NCBI GenBank assembly: GCA_043800705.1
Contig: JAZDMS010000002.1
Coordinates: 1 to 18,137 of the forward strand
Direction of reading: 5' to 3'
DNA length: 18,137 nt
Source: Candidatus Altiarchaeota archaeon
GTDB lineage: Archaea; Altiarchaeota; Altiarchaeia; IMC4; SCGC-AAA252-I15
The notes beneath the pieces were generated by a model. It saw nothing but the letters and a program-made list of their open reading frames with translations, searched no databases and was not told where the DNA came from. This document shows positions 7,442-15,255 of this stretch, piece after piece. Within the stretch, counting starts at the first letter, position 1; each line of letters starts with the position of its first letter. The position numbers and the translations under genes are program-made.

Positions 7442-8329
7442 CTATGCCGAGTAGATGAGGGGTCTTCTGCTTTTTATCAGGCCTACAAGCCCTATCTGTA
7501 TGCTTATGCATATCGCTAAGACGAATGTGTAGCTGGTCTCGTTTATGCCGGTTCCCATGAGCGACGTCAGGACGACAAGCACCGTGGTTATGATGGTGGG
7601 GATTGCGACCGCGAACAGCATGTATACCATGCTCAGGACGTTCAGCTCCTGTATGTAGTTTTGGATTTTCATCTTCTGATCCCTTATGAGGGCCTGGATG
7701 AGGCCGGAGAGGGCCTCTTTGATGCTGGTGCCTGACTTTACGGCGTTGACGATCTGCCATATGGCGTTTCTCATGTAGTCGCTGGAGGTCCTGAGGGCGA
7801 GGGTTTCGAGGGCTTCGTCGAGGGGGGCGCCCTGGTTAGTTTCCTCGATCACCTGCCTGAGGTCCCTGGATACGAGGCCGTGGTCTGATTCCGAGACCCT
7901 TTTGATGCTGTCGAAGAGCGATAGTCCCGCGCTTATGTTAAGTAGCAGGTCCTTGAGTGCGTATATGAGGTCTTTGTCCACGAGTTCCGCCCTTTTGAGG
8001 GCGAGGATCCTGGGATACCTGAGAAGTATGAAGAAGTCGAGGATGAGGATGATTGCTGCGGGTATTGCCGCCAATTGGAATTCCTGGCCTGGGGCGAGTT
8101 CGAGGGCTGCGAGGGGGACGTATGTGAATGCGAACAGGAGCATGCCGAGGGTGATTGCTGAGAATATGGATGTTATGACGTATTCTTCGGCTGACATGTC
8201 GATGTTGGCCATGACGACGTCGCTTTTGAGCTCGGGGACGAATTCGGTCAGGTATTCGCCCTGTTTTTGGAAGGTCTGCGCCAGCCTTTTGCCCGTTCGT
8301 TGGGGGATGACCATGGCTATGACGCGCAT
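7442..8329 (-). CDS. Type II secretion system F (TadB/TadC-like) pilus platform protein
   Basis: DKDLIYALKDLLLNISAGLSLFDS, GAPLDEALETLA, WQIVNAVKSGTSIKEAL and TM segments; directly abuts the ATPase stop. Confidence 0.9.
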   Translation of the reverse strand: MRVIAMVIPQRTGKRLAQTFQKQGEYLTEFVPELKSDVVMANIDMSAEEYVITSIFSAITLGMLLFAFTYVPLAALELAPGQEFQLAAIPAAIILILDFFILLRYPRILALKRAELVDKDLIYALKDLLLNISAGLSLFDSIKRVSESDHGLVSRDLRQVIEETNQGAPLDEALETLALRTSSDYMRNAIWQIVNAVKSGTSIKEALSGLIQALIRDQKMKIQNYIQELNVLSMVYMLFAVAIPTIITTVLVVLTSLMGTGINETSYTFVLAICISIQIGLVGLIKSRRPLIYSA

Positions 8330-10072
8330 TCAGATCCCCTCCATGCCTTTTTTCTTGTTCACCGTCGCCAGGAGGTCGTCTTTGGCGGTGTAGTAGGTGT
8401 TCATGACCATGCCGATGTCGTCTATTTTGTTTATCTTGTTGCCTACGAGCCAGTCGAGTATCTGCTTCTTCTGCCTCATGTCCTCCTCTATCTCCTTGAC
8501 GCTCATCCCTGTGTAGAGGTTGAGGTCGTTGAAGACCCTGGTGCTCCTATCTATGTCTTCGAAGGAGTCCGTCTTCACCCTCCACCTGTAGAGGTATTTC
8601 AGCTCGAGGCGCCGCTCGGTCGTACCGGGCAGTATCTCCGCGACCTCGAAGGTCCTTCTGATGCCGTGGAGCCTGTCCCTGTACTGGGTCATTATCACCT
8701 GGAGGGATTCGAGCTCGGCTTCGGGTATGTGGATGGGGGGTTCGGTGACGCGGCGGCGCACCTGCTGGCAGGTATCGGCGTGCATGGTCGAGTATACGGA
8801 GTGTCCGGTGTGCATCGCCTCGAACAGGACCTCGGCCTCGCTTCGGTCCCTTATCTCGCCTACGATGACCCTGTCGGGCCTCATCCTGAGGGAGGATATG
8901 ATGAGATCTAGCATGCTGACCCCCCCCAGGTTGTCGGCGTTGGGATTCCTGGTCGTCAGCTGTATCCAGTTGAGTTTCAGGTGGGGCGGCAGCTGTATCT
9001 CCCTAGTGTCTTCGATGCTTATGACCCTCTGACCCGGCGGTATAAAGGCGCAGAGGCTGTTTAGCATGCTCGTCTTCCCGGAGGCTGTTCCGCCTGCGAC
9101 CAGGACGGAAAGCTCGTATTGGATGCACAGCCACATGAACGCCCCGATCTCGGTGGATATGGTGTGGTGTGTGAGGCCCATGAAGTCGACTATGGTCCAC
9201 GGCTCCCTCGCGAACTTCCTGATGGTTATGGTGTTGCCCTGCGACGATATCGGGAACATGGAAGCCATGACCCTGTCCCCTGTTATGAGCCTCGCGTCCA
9301 TGAGGGGGTTGAGGTTGGTGATGTCCTTGCCTATCCTCCTGCCTATCTGGGCTGCGTAGTCGAAGACGTCGTCTTCGCTCTGGATGACGATGTTCGTCTT
9401 CAGCCACCCGTATCTCCTGTGGTAGATGATGATAGGCGAACCGCCGGAGTTGATGCATATCTCCTCTATGAGGTCGTCTCCGAGCATCAGTTCCAGGTCC
9501 CCGAGGCCGTATATCCTGTGGAGGGCGAGGCCGGAGAGTATGTCGGCCTGGTCTTCGGTGACCGGCATCTCGGCGAGTATCTTCTTCCTTGCGTCTTCCT
9601 TGAACTTCTTCTTCATCTCCTCGACCTTGTGGGGGTCGGAGACCTCCTCGGTCCTCGTCGAGATCTTGCCTGCGAGATCCTTGATGACTGCGGATAGGAG
9701 CGTGGCGGTCGCCTGCCCGAGGACGGGCAGGGTTATGCAATATGTGCGCATGATGTCGCCTTTCACGTCGTGGATGCCTATCTCCGCCGGGACGCCGTTG
9801 ACCTTTATCGAGTATTTTTCGAGCTGTTTTCCGCCTATGTCGAGGCATATGCTGGCCCTGTGCAGCTTCTTCAGGGGCCGCCTCTTGACGGTCGGCTTCT
9901 TTAGGACATTCAGGGAATAGTTCACTTCAAGGATGCCGTCCAGCCTCCTGATCCAGCCGTCGGCGGCCTTCAGGTCGACGCCCGCGTCCTTGGCGGCCTG
10001 GGTCAGGTCCGTATCCTGGTCGTATTTTATGGCATCCAAGAGCGTGTCGGCCTGCGTCCTGATCTCAACCAT
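8330..10072 (-). CDS. Type IV pilus assembly ATPase (CpaF/TadA/ArlI family) with N-terminal winged-helix-like extension
   Basis: IEEICIN, TITIRKF, Walker A GGTASGKT, SIEDTRE, LRMRPDRVIVGEIR, His box AMHTGHSVYSTMHA. Start placed at ATG 10072, about 25 nt below a TATA box. Confidence 0.95.
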   Translation of the reverse strand: MVEIRTQADTLLDAIKYDQDTDLTQAAKDAGVDLKAADGWIRRLDGILEVNYSLNVLKKPTVKRRPLKKLHRASICLDIGGKQLEKYSIKVNGVPAEIGIHDVKGDIMRTYCITLPVLGQATATLLSAVIKDLAGKISTRTEEVSDPHKVEEMKKKFKEDARKKILAEMPVTEDQADILSGLALHRIYGLGDLELMLGDDLIEEICINSGGSPIIIYHRRYGWLKTNIVIQSEDDVFDYAAQIGRRIGKDITNLNPLMDARLITGDRVMASMFPISSQGNTITIRKFAREPWTIVDFMGLTHHTISTEIGAFMWLCIQYELSVLVAGGTASGKTSMLNSLCAFIPPGQRVISIEDTREIQLPPHLKLNWIQLTTRNPNADNLGGVSMLDLIISSLRMRPDRVIVGEIRDRSEAEVLFEAMHTGHSVYSTMHADTCQQVRRRVTEPPIHIPEAELESLQVIMTQYRDRLHGIRRTFEVAEILPGTTERRLELKYLYRWRVKTDSFEDIDRSTRVFNDLNLYTGMSVKEIEEDMRQKKQILDWLVGNKINKIDDIGMVMNTYYTAKDDLLATVNKKKGMEGI

Positions 10073-10095
10073 ACAAGAATACAATTAGCCGCCCG

Positions 10096-10105
10096 TTATA
10101 TATAA
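10096..10105 (-). promoter_or_regulatory. TATA box TTATATATAA for the ATPase-platform genes
   Basis: Palindromic AT tract 24-33 nt upstream of ATG 10072, consistent with a leaderless transcript. Confidence 0.6.
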
Positions 10106-10121
10106 TCCGGCGCGGTATTTC

Positions 10122-11396
10122 CTATCCTCTGGCGAGCCACAACTCGCTTGTCCTCATGATGGGGTCGTCCTTGCGGAGCGAGCAGCCTGAGCCGGCATAC
10201 ACGGGTTCGGCATCGAAAGGAAACGTTGCAGTGGCGTTCACTGTGCCTCTGCTGGAATTGGTTTCGTTGTTGATCTCAAGGAGCATGCTGCCGGGGGTCG
10301 GCTCTTGCCCGAAGACTATCCTGATCCAGTCTCCGTCGTCGAAGGTGATGTTCCATCCCGTTCTGGCGGACACGCTCGCCTTCGATGTGGTGAATGTGTA
10401 GTTTGCGTTCGCGAACTCGGCCCGTATGCCGAGGGCGAGGCCGCCGCTGCTCGTGTTCTGCATCTCGAAGGGGTCTGGGGGTGGTGAGATCGGCGGCTCG
10501 TTGGGCGGGTCCAGGTACCTTGTGCTCAGAAGCACGACGTCTACGGATTCGGTGCCGGAGGACGGGTCGGGTATGATTTTGACGGTCTTTTGGCCTGCGG
10601 TCATGTTGAACACGACAAGGGTGTCGTTGAACCACCTGTAGTAGGGTCCTGTCGCCTCCCAGTCCCTGAGGTCAAAGCGGGTGGAGTTTACGCCCCCTAT
10701 CTCGACGGTGAAGTTCTTGCTTGCGTTGTCGTTGTAGACGCGGACCCAAAGGGTGTAGTTGAGGGGTAGCGGCACGTCGACCACCCTTTGAAGGAGGCTG
10801 AAGTCAGACATGTATGTCCCCTCCGAGGCGTCGGCTTCGTCCGTCGCCGTGCCTCCGTCGGCGAGGAAGTCCTCGGCTTCGAGCCAGATGAAGTCGCTTA
10901 TCGAATCGTCGCCGAAGCCGAGGATGAGGTTGAATTCCGCAAGCCCGTAGCCTGTGCTCATGTTCCGAAACCACAGAGTCCTCTTGCTGGAGTTGCCCCA
11001 CCCCCACGAGTAGTTCAGCGGGTAGACTGGGTGTCCGAGCTCGGCAGACGGGTCGGTTAGGTTGCCGCAGTCCAGCGCAAGCTGGGAGCCGGATTCGGCG
11101 GAATAGGTGGAGTTGACGAATTTAGCGTATCCCGCGGCCGCTGCCGGGATGTCCCATGCCGCGGGGACCCTGTCGAAGAAGGAGACCTTCGTCTGCCCCC
11201 CCGTTTTTTCGACCGATGCCTTGAGGTCCTGGATCCCTGCGACGTCGCCTGCGGCGTCGTCGAACATGGTCGCCGTCTTCGCGGCCTTGATGTCGGATCT
11301 AGCGATCGAGACGGACTTCCCGGAGAAATAGTATGTCATCATGAAGAGCGACAGGAACATCAGGACCGTTAGGGTGGTGAACAGGTATCCTTTCAT
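10122..11396 (-). CDS. Class III signal peptide pilin-like adhesin with an inserted carbohydrate-binding-module-like domain
   Basis: MKG|YLFTTLTVLMFLSLF N-terminus with ATGA overlap to the upstream gene. Internal WLEAEDF..DASEG..YTLWVR..AGQKTVKI..VDVVLLS resembles CBM6/35 jelly-roll domains. More than 15 N-x-S/T sequons. Confidence 0.75.
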   Translation of the reverse strand: MKGYLFTTLTVLMFLSLFMMTYYFSGKSVSIARSDIKAAKTATMFDDAAGDVAGIQDLKASVEKTGGQTKVSFFDRVPAAWDIPAAAAGYAKFVNSTYSAESGSQLALDCGNLTDPSAELGHPVYPLNYSWGWGNSSKRTLWFRNMSTGYGLAEFNLILGFGDDSISDFIWLEAEDFLADGGTATDEADASEGTYMSDFSLLQRVVDVPLPLNYTLWVRVYNDNASKNFTVEIGGVNSTRFDLRDWEATGPYYRWFNDTLVVFNMTAGQKTVKIIPDPSSGTESVDVVLLSTRYLDPPNEPPISPPPDPFEMQNTSSGGLALGIRAEFANANYTFTTSKASVSARTGWNITFDDGDWIRIVFGQEPTPGSMLLEINNETNSSRGTVNATATFPFDAEPVYAGSGCSLRKDDPIMRTSELWLARG

Positions 11397-11782
11397 CTGT
11401 ACCACACCCTCGCCGAGGCCACGTAGATCCTCGTGTTGTTGACTATGGTCCTCCTGGAGACGACGTACCTGTCCGGCGCCCCGCAGCCTGTTTCCGCGCC
11501 GAAGACCCTGCCTCCGAGCGCGTCGTCGACGGTGATGTTGACGCAGATGTTGTCCGGCAGGTATGCGATGGAGTCCGCCAGCGGCGAGCCGTCGCCTTCC
11601 AGGGCCGTCAATATGCTGCCGTCAACGTCTGAGACTGCCAGGAAGTCCCCCCCTGCCAGGTAGAGGTATTCTTCCGTCTCCAGCCTGGGCGCGTTGAGGT
11701 AGTACATTATCACGGCGATGAAGACGGTTGCGGCTATGAGCGCCAGCATGGCATCAATCGTGAGTACGAATCCCTTTTTCAT
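11393..11782 (-). CDS. Minor pilin-like protein, class III signal peptide (129 aa)
   Basis: MKKG|FVLTIDAMLALIAATVFIAVI; ATGA overlaps with both neighbours. Confidence 0.8.
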   Translation of the reverse strand: MKKGFVLTIDAMLALIAATVFIAVIMYYLNAPRLETEEYLYLAGGDFLAVSDVDGSILTALEGDGSPLADSIAYLPDNICVNITVDDALGGRVFGAETGCGAPDRYVVSRRTIVNNTRIYVASARVWYR

Positions 11783-12297
11783 CTTTTCTCGTAGTATGCC
11801 TCCAGCTTCAACTCGACCCTTGTCCCGTTCATCAGGGCATATCTCCTCACTATCCTGCGCTCGGATGCGTCCAGGACGGCGCCCTTGGAGTAGAGGACCT
11901 CCGGGGTGCCGCCGTAGTCCCGGCTGACCGTTATGCTGAAATTCTCGCTCCCGAGGCCCATGATCTCCCTCAGGCTCTGGTAGTTTGCGGATTCCAGGGC
12001 CGTCAGCTTCTCCTCGGACAGGACGTTCTCCGCGGATGCGAGGCCGAGCGCATAGACCCTGTCTGGGGTGACTTGGCCGTTTTGCCAGTCCGCCGGGTTT
12101 CCGGGGGTTTTTACGAGCGCGGAGGAGATGTCCAGGAGCCTGCTTTGCCTGGATGACGAGTCCCTGTATGCGTCCATCCTGGCGTATGCGGTGCCCCACA
12201 GCCACATCATGCTGACTATGATCACGAGGAATATGAACAGTGCCGCGATGAGGTCCATAGTGAACACCGCCCCCCTCCCGCGCGTTTTTTTGCTCAT
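11779..12297 (-). CDS. Minor pilin-like protein, class III signal peptide (172 aa)
   Basis: MSKKTRGRG|AVFTMDLIAALFIFLVII; LVKTPGNPADW..LGLA motif typical of archaeal pilin-like proteins. Confidence 0.8.
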   Translation of the reverse strand: MSKKTRGRGAVFTMDLIAALFIFLVIIVSMMWLWGTAYARMDAYRDSSSRQSRLLDISSALVKTPGNPADWQNGQVTPDRVYALGLASAENVLSEEKLTALESANYQSLREIMGLGSENFSITVSRDYGGTPEVLYSKGAVLDASERRIVRRYALMNGTRVELKLEAYYEKR

Positions 12298-12305
12298 TTT
12301 TTTCC

Positions 12306-13499
12306 TCAGACGTATGTGACGTCGTAGTATAGGATGTCGATGCGGCATTGTTTGTTGTTCTGGTCGTGTTTGGCATACTGTCTGGCGTATGCGCCGTCCG
12401 CCGACGCTCCGAAGAAGTCGGAGCAGCTCCATCCGGCGGAGGCTGTGACATCCACGCATGTGAGCCCGGGATTGGCGGCAGCGTGGCAGACGATGTCCGC
12501 AGGCTCCCATGCTGCGCCGTCCTTCGAGACGCCGACGTGGCAGTCAGACGGGGTCCTGGACATGCTCCACCATTCGAAGCATATGGTGACTGCCTTTATC
12601 GTATTGCAGTCCGCAACGCTCGTGTTCCTATACGTCAACATGACGCCGCAGTACTCGCCGGCGTCTGCCCTATGGGCTTCAAGCTGGTTGTCGTCGCATG
12701 TGACGCGGTCTCCTGGGCAGGCTCCGGGATAAAGGCCCTCACACTGGTCGGGGAAGGAACCGGCAGTTGCCTCCTGGATCGCGGCATTGCAAGACTGCGG
12801 GGACACCCGTGCCATTACTCCCTGTACGATTGTTGTCGTGGTCGAAGTTGACGTCGTCGTGGTCGTTGTAGTGAGGCAGCAGCATGTGTCTGTGTTTTTT
12901 CCTGTTGCGCAATGTCCGTCTCCCCCCGCCTCGTGGACTTCACCGTTTTGGGGGCATTTGCTTGGATTCTGCCTGCATGTTCCCCCCGAATACTCCTGGA
13001 TGCCCCTGCAATAGCCGTCGCATGTTGTCGGGGGGAGTGTCGTCGTGGTGCTCGTCGTCGACGTGGTCGTCGTGGAGGTTGCGAAAGATACGGCTCTCAC
13101 GGTGCCGTTGTCGTTTGTGAGCGTCACGATCCCGCCGGTGTAAATGGGGAAGGGGGGCTTCGAGCCCGCGACTTGGCCGTTGATGAACTTCCGCTCGAAC
13201 TCCGCCCCGTATGCGGGCACTTTCACCGTGACGAGCCTGCTGTCCACGGTCACGGTATAGTTGACCCCCCCGACGAGCCTTACGGGGAGCGTCATGTTGA
13301 GCCTCGAGCCGCTTCCTGCTAGATAGACGCTGTTGTAGTTGTCGGATATCTCCTGCGCCCGGTTCTGGGCGTCGATGGACCACAGGCTCTGCGCCGCGCT
13401 ACGCTGCCCCTGGGCTATGAAGTTTATCGACACCAGAAAGATCAGGGTAGCGAGAGAGAGGCTTAACATGAACTCCACAGTCACCTGTCCCCTAGTCAT
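12306..13499 (-). CDS. Pilin/adhesin with class III signal peptide, Thr-rich linkers and Cys-rich domains (397 aa)
   Basis: MTRG|QVTVEFMLSLSLATLIFLV; pilin domain, poly-Thr, 8-Cys module, poly-Thr, Cys-rich C-terminal domain. Confidence 0.82.
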   Translation of the reverse strand: MTRGQVTVEFMLSLSLATLIFLVSINFIAQGQRSAAQSLWSIDAQNRAQEISDNYNSVYLAGSGSRLNMTLPVRLVGGVNYTVTVDSRLVTVKVPAYGAEFERKFINGQVAGSKPPFPIYTGGIVTLTNDNGTVRAVSFATSTTTTSTTSTTTTLPPTTCDGYCRGIQEYSGGTCRQNPSKCPQNGEVHEAGGDGHCATGKNTDTCCCLTTTTTTTSTSTTTTIVQGVMARVSPQSCNAAIQEATAGSFPDQCEGLYPGACPGDRVTCDDNQLEAHRADAGEYCGVMLTYRNTSVADCNTIKAVTICFEWWSMSRTPSDCHVGVSKDGAAWEPADIVCHAAANPGLTCVDVTASAGWSCSDFFGASADGAYARQYAKHDQNNKQCRIDILYYDVTYV

Positions 13500-13501
13500 C
13501 T

Positions 13502-13930
13502 TCAACACGACCCGTCCGCCCTGCCGAGCTCGACCCCCAGCCCGGAATATTCGACGTCGACACAGTAGCCCCCGGAGACCTGCGGAACGCTGCCTGTGAG
13601 GTTGGCGTCGGTGTAGACGTCGAAGATCTCCTGTTTGCCGCTGACCATGGCGACCGCCTGGATCCGGCCCCCGCCGGCCTGCATGGTGGATATGCTGATG
13701 TTGGTCGAATCCGGCACCGCGACGTACACCCTTGTCCTGGCGTCCCTTCCCTGGCTGTAGACGAAGTCGCATGCCTGCTTCAGGTCGTTGAGGGCGGCCT
13801 TGGCCTTGCCGACCTTGATGTTGTCATTGAAGAACCGCATATTGTCCTCGTTCATGGACAGCATGACCGCCAGGATCAGTATGGCGACTGAGAGTATCAC
13901 TATCCATTCTACCGCGGCCTGACCCTTCAT
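13502..13930 (-). CDS. Pilin-like protein, class III signal peptide (Q+1, E+5 type)
   Basis: MKG|QAAVEWIVILSVAILILAVML; DFVYSQG..RVYVAVP. Confidence 0.88.
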   Translation of the reverse strand: MKGQAAVEWIVILSVAILILAVMLSMNEDNMRFFNDNIKVGKAKAALNDLKQACDFVYSQGRDARTRVYVAVPDSTNISISTMQAGGGRIQAVAMVSGKQEIFDVYTDANLTGSVPQVSGGYCVDVEYSGLGVELGRADGSC

Positions 13931-13983
13931 CGGCGTAAAGTATTAAACCCGTAAAATATAAGCTCCCTCGCAATTAAGATAAG
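13931..13983. promoter_or_regulatory. Divergent promoter between the pilin operon and the Cys-repeat gene pair
   Basis: 53-bp AT-rich gap with central TAAAATATAA (13952-13961), 22-32 nt from both starts. Confidence 0.5.
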
Positions 13984-14700
13984 GTGCCCAATCCCAAACT
14001 GGAGGACCTACGGAAGAAGGCATTCCTTCTGTACGCCGGCCCGAAGGGGCCGGAGCTCGTGAACAAGGAGATCAAAAAGTTAGGCATCAAGGAGGACAAG
14101 CTGAACGAATACCAGCTGAAGATACTCCTCAACAACGTTATCAAGACCGTCTTCATCGACTTCGTCGGCCTGGAGGCCACGAAAAAAGCCCTCGCACAGG
14201 ACGTCACCCACGTTCCCGGCTATCATACGTTCATCGAGGAGGAGAGCGAGCCTATACACATATTAGAGCGTTTCCGCTTCATGCGGTGGGTTGTCGCTTT
14301 TTTGGCCCTGTCGATAGTAGGTGTATTGTTCCTGGGGGGCTATTATATGCTCTCATTCGACAGGGAAGGGCTCTGCGACAACAAGAAGGACGTCGACGGC
14401 CGCGACGCCTGCTATCTTTCCCTGGCCTCCTCGCGCGGGAACGTCTCTTTCTGCGACAGCCTAAGCGTCTCGAACAGGCGATACAACTGCTATTCCCTCA
14501 TAGGGCGGAAGCTCAACGACACCCTCATATGCGACAGGATACCCGGCAACGACGTGGGCCTCATAGTCATGCACGACAACTGCCTGATGTGCGTGGCCGT
14601 ATCCCTAAAGAACGGTAGCATGTGCAAATCTTTCCATAATCCGATCACCGTGGACGAGTGCCTGAGCCAGATGGACAGGGCGATATCGCTGTCATGCTAA
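13984..14700 (+). CDS. Single-pass membrane protein: N-terminal helical domain, TM helix, C-terminal Cys-rich repeats
   Basis: GTG start; TM RWVVAFLALSIVGVLFLGGYYML; about four C-x(10-16)-C repeats (RDACY, RYNCY, HDNCL, VDECL). Confidence 0.8.
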   Translation: MPNPKLEDLRKKAFLLYAGPKGPELVNKEIKKLGIKEDKLNEYQLKILLNNVIKTVFIDFVGLEATKKALAQDVTHVPGYHTFIEEESEPIHILERFRFMRWVVAFLALSIVGVLFLGGYYMLSFDREGLCDNKKDVDGRDACYLSLASSRGNVSFCDSLSVSNRRYNCYSLIGRKLNDTLICDRIPGNDVGLIVMHDNCLMCVAVSLKNGSMCKSFHNPITVDECLSQMDRAISLSC

Positions 14701-14734
14701 GGCATTTTAATCCTTCCAATCCAAGGTTTATACG

Positions 14735-15118
14735 ATGAGGCGGTTCTTCGCGGTCCTGGTGGCGGCGCTCATGTTGGGTTGCATCAGCCCGGACGACGGC
14801 CAGATGACCTCAACTTCCGTCACGGCGGGTCAGCAGACGTCGACCACTACATTGGCCTCCAAGGTCGTCCAGACGAGGGAGGAGGCGTCTGAGGGGTCTG
14901 TTGCCGACTGCACGAAGTCGGCGGACGAGAGGCTCAGGAACATATGCTGGCGGGATCAGGCCGTCCGCTCAGGCAATCCTGCGGGTTGCGAGAAGATAAG
15001 CCAAGACGGGGCGAAGGATGAGTGCCTCTATAAAGTAGCGGTAAAATCTGGCGGCAAGGCCGTCTGCGGAAGGATAGCAGACGCCGGGATACGGGCTGTC
15101 TGCGAGTCGAAGACCTGA
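14735..15118 (+). CDS. Putative lipoprotein with Thr-rich linker and Cys-rich repeats
   Basis: MRRFFAVLVAALMLG|C lipobox-like signal, TSTSVT..TSTTT linker, repeats RNICW, KDECL, RAVCE. Confidence 0.8.
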   Translation: MRRFFAVLVAALMLGCISPDDGQMTSTSVTAGQQTSTTTLASKVVQTREEASEGSVADCTKSADERLRNICWRDQAVRSGNPAGCEKISQDGAKDECLYKVAVKSGGKAVCGRIADAGIRAVCESKT

Positions 15119-15165
15119 CCTATCTTGGATTCAGAGAAGGTCCCTGAGTTTACCTAGGGGGTGAA

Positions 15166-15222
15166 TGCTATAACCGCTGAATACGAGATATAGACTGCCA
15201 TAACCGCTGAATACGAGATATA
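15166..15222 (+). repeat. Two-copy tandem repeat, 30-bp period (TGCYATAACCGCTGAATACGAGATATA)
   Basis: 23 bp identical at 15170-15192 and 15200-15222. Confidence 0.9.
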
Positions 15223-15224
15223 AT

Positions 15225-15251
15225 ATCAAAATCGCATGAAACGATTTTGAT
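15225..15251. terminator. Perfect 10-bp inverted repeat between convergent genes; possible terminator hairpin or operator
   Basis: ATCAAAATCG-CATGAAA-CGATTTTGAT, 4 nt past the stop of the ATPase gene. Confidence 0.5.
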
Positions 15252-15255
15252 GATC

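Noticed and set aside
15166-15222. CRISPR array
   Set aside because: Only two units with about 7 nt between identical blocks; no spacers and no cas genes.
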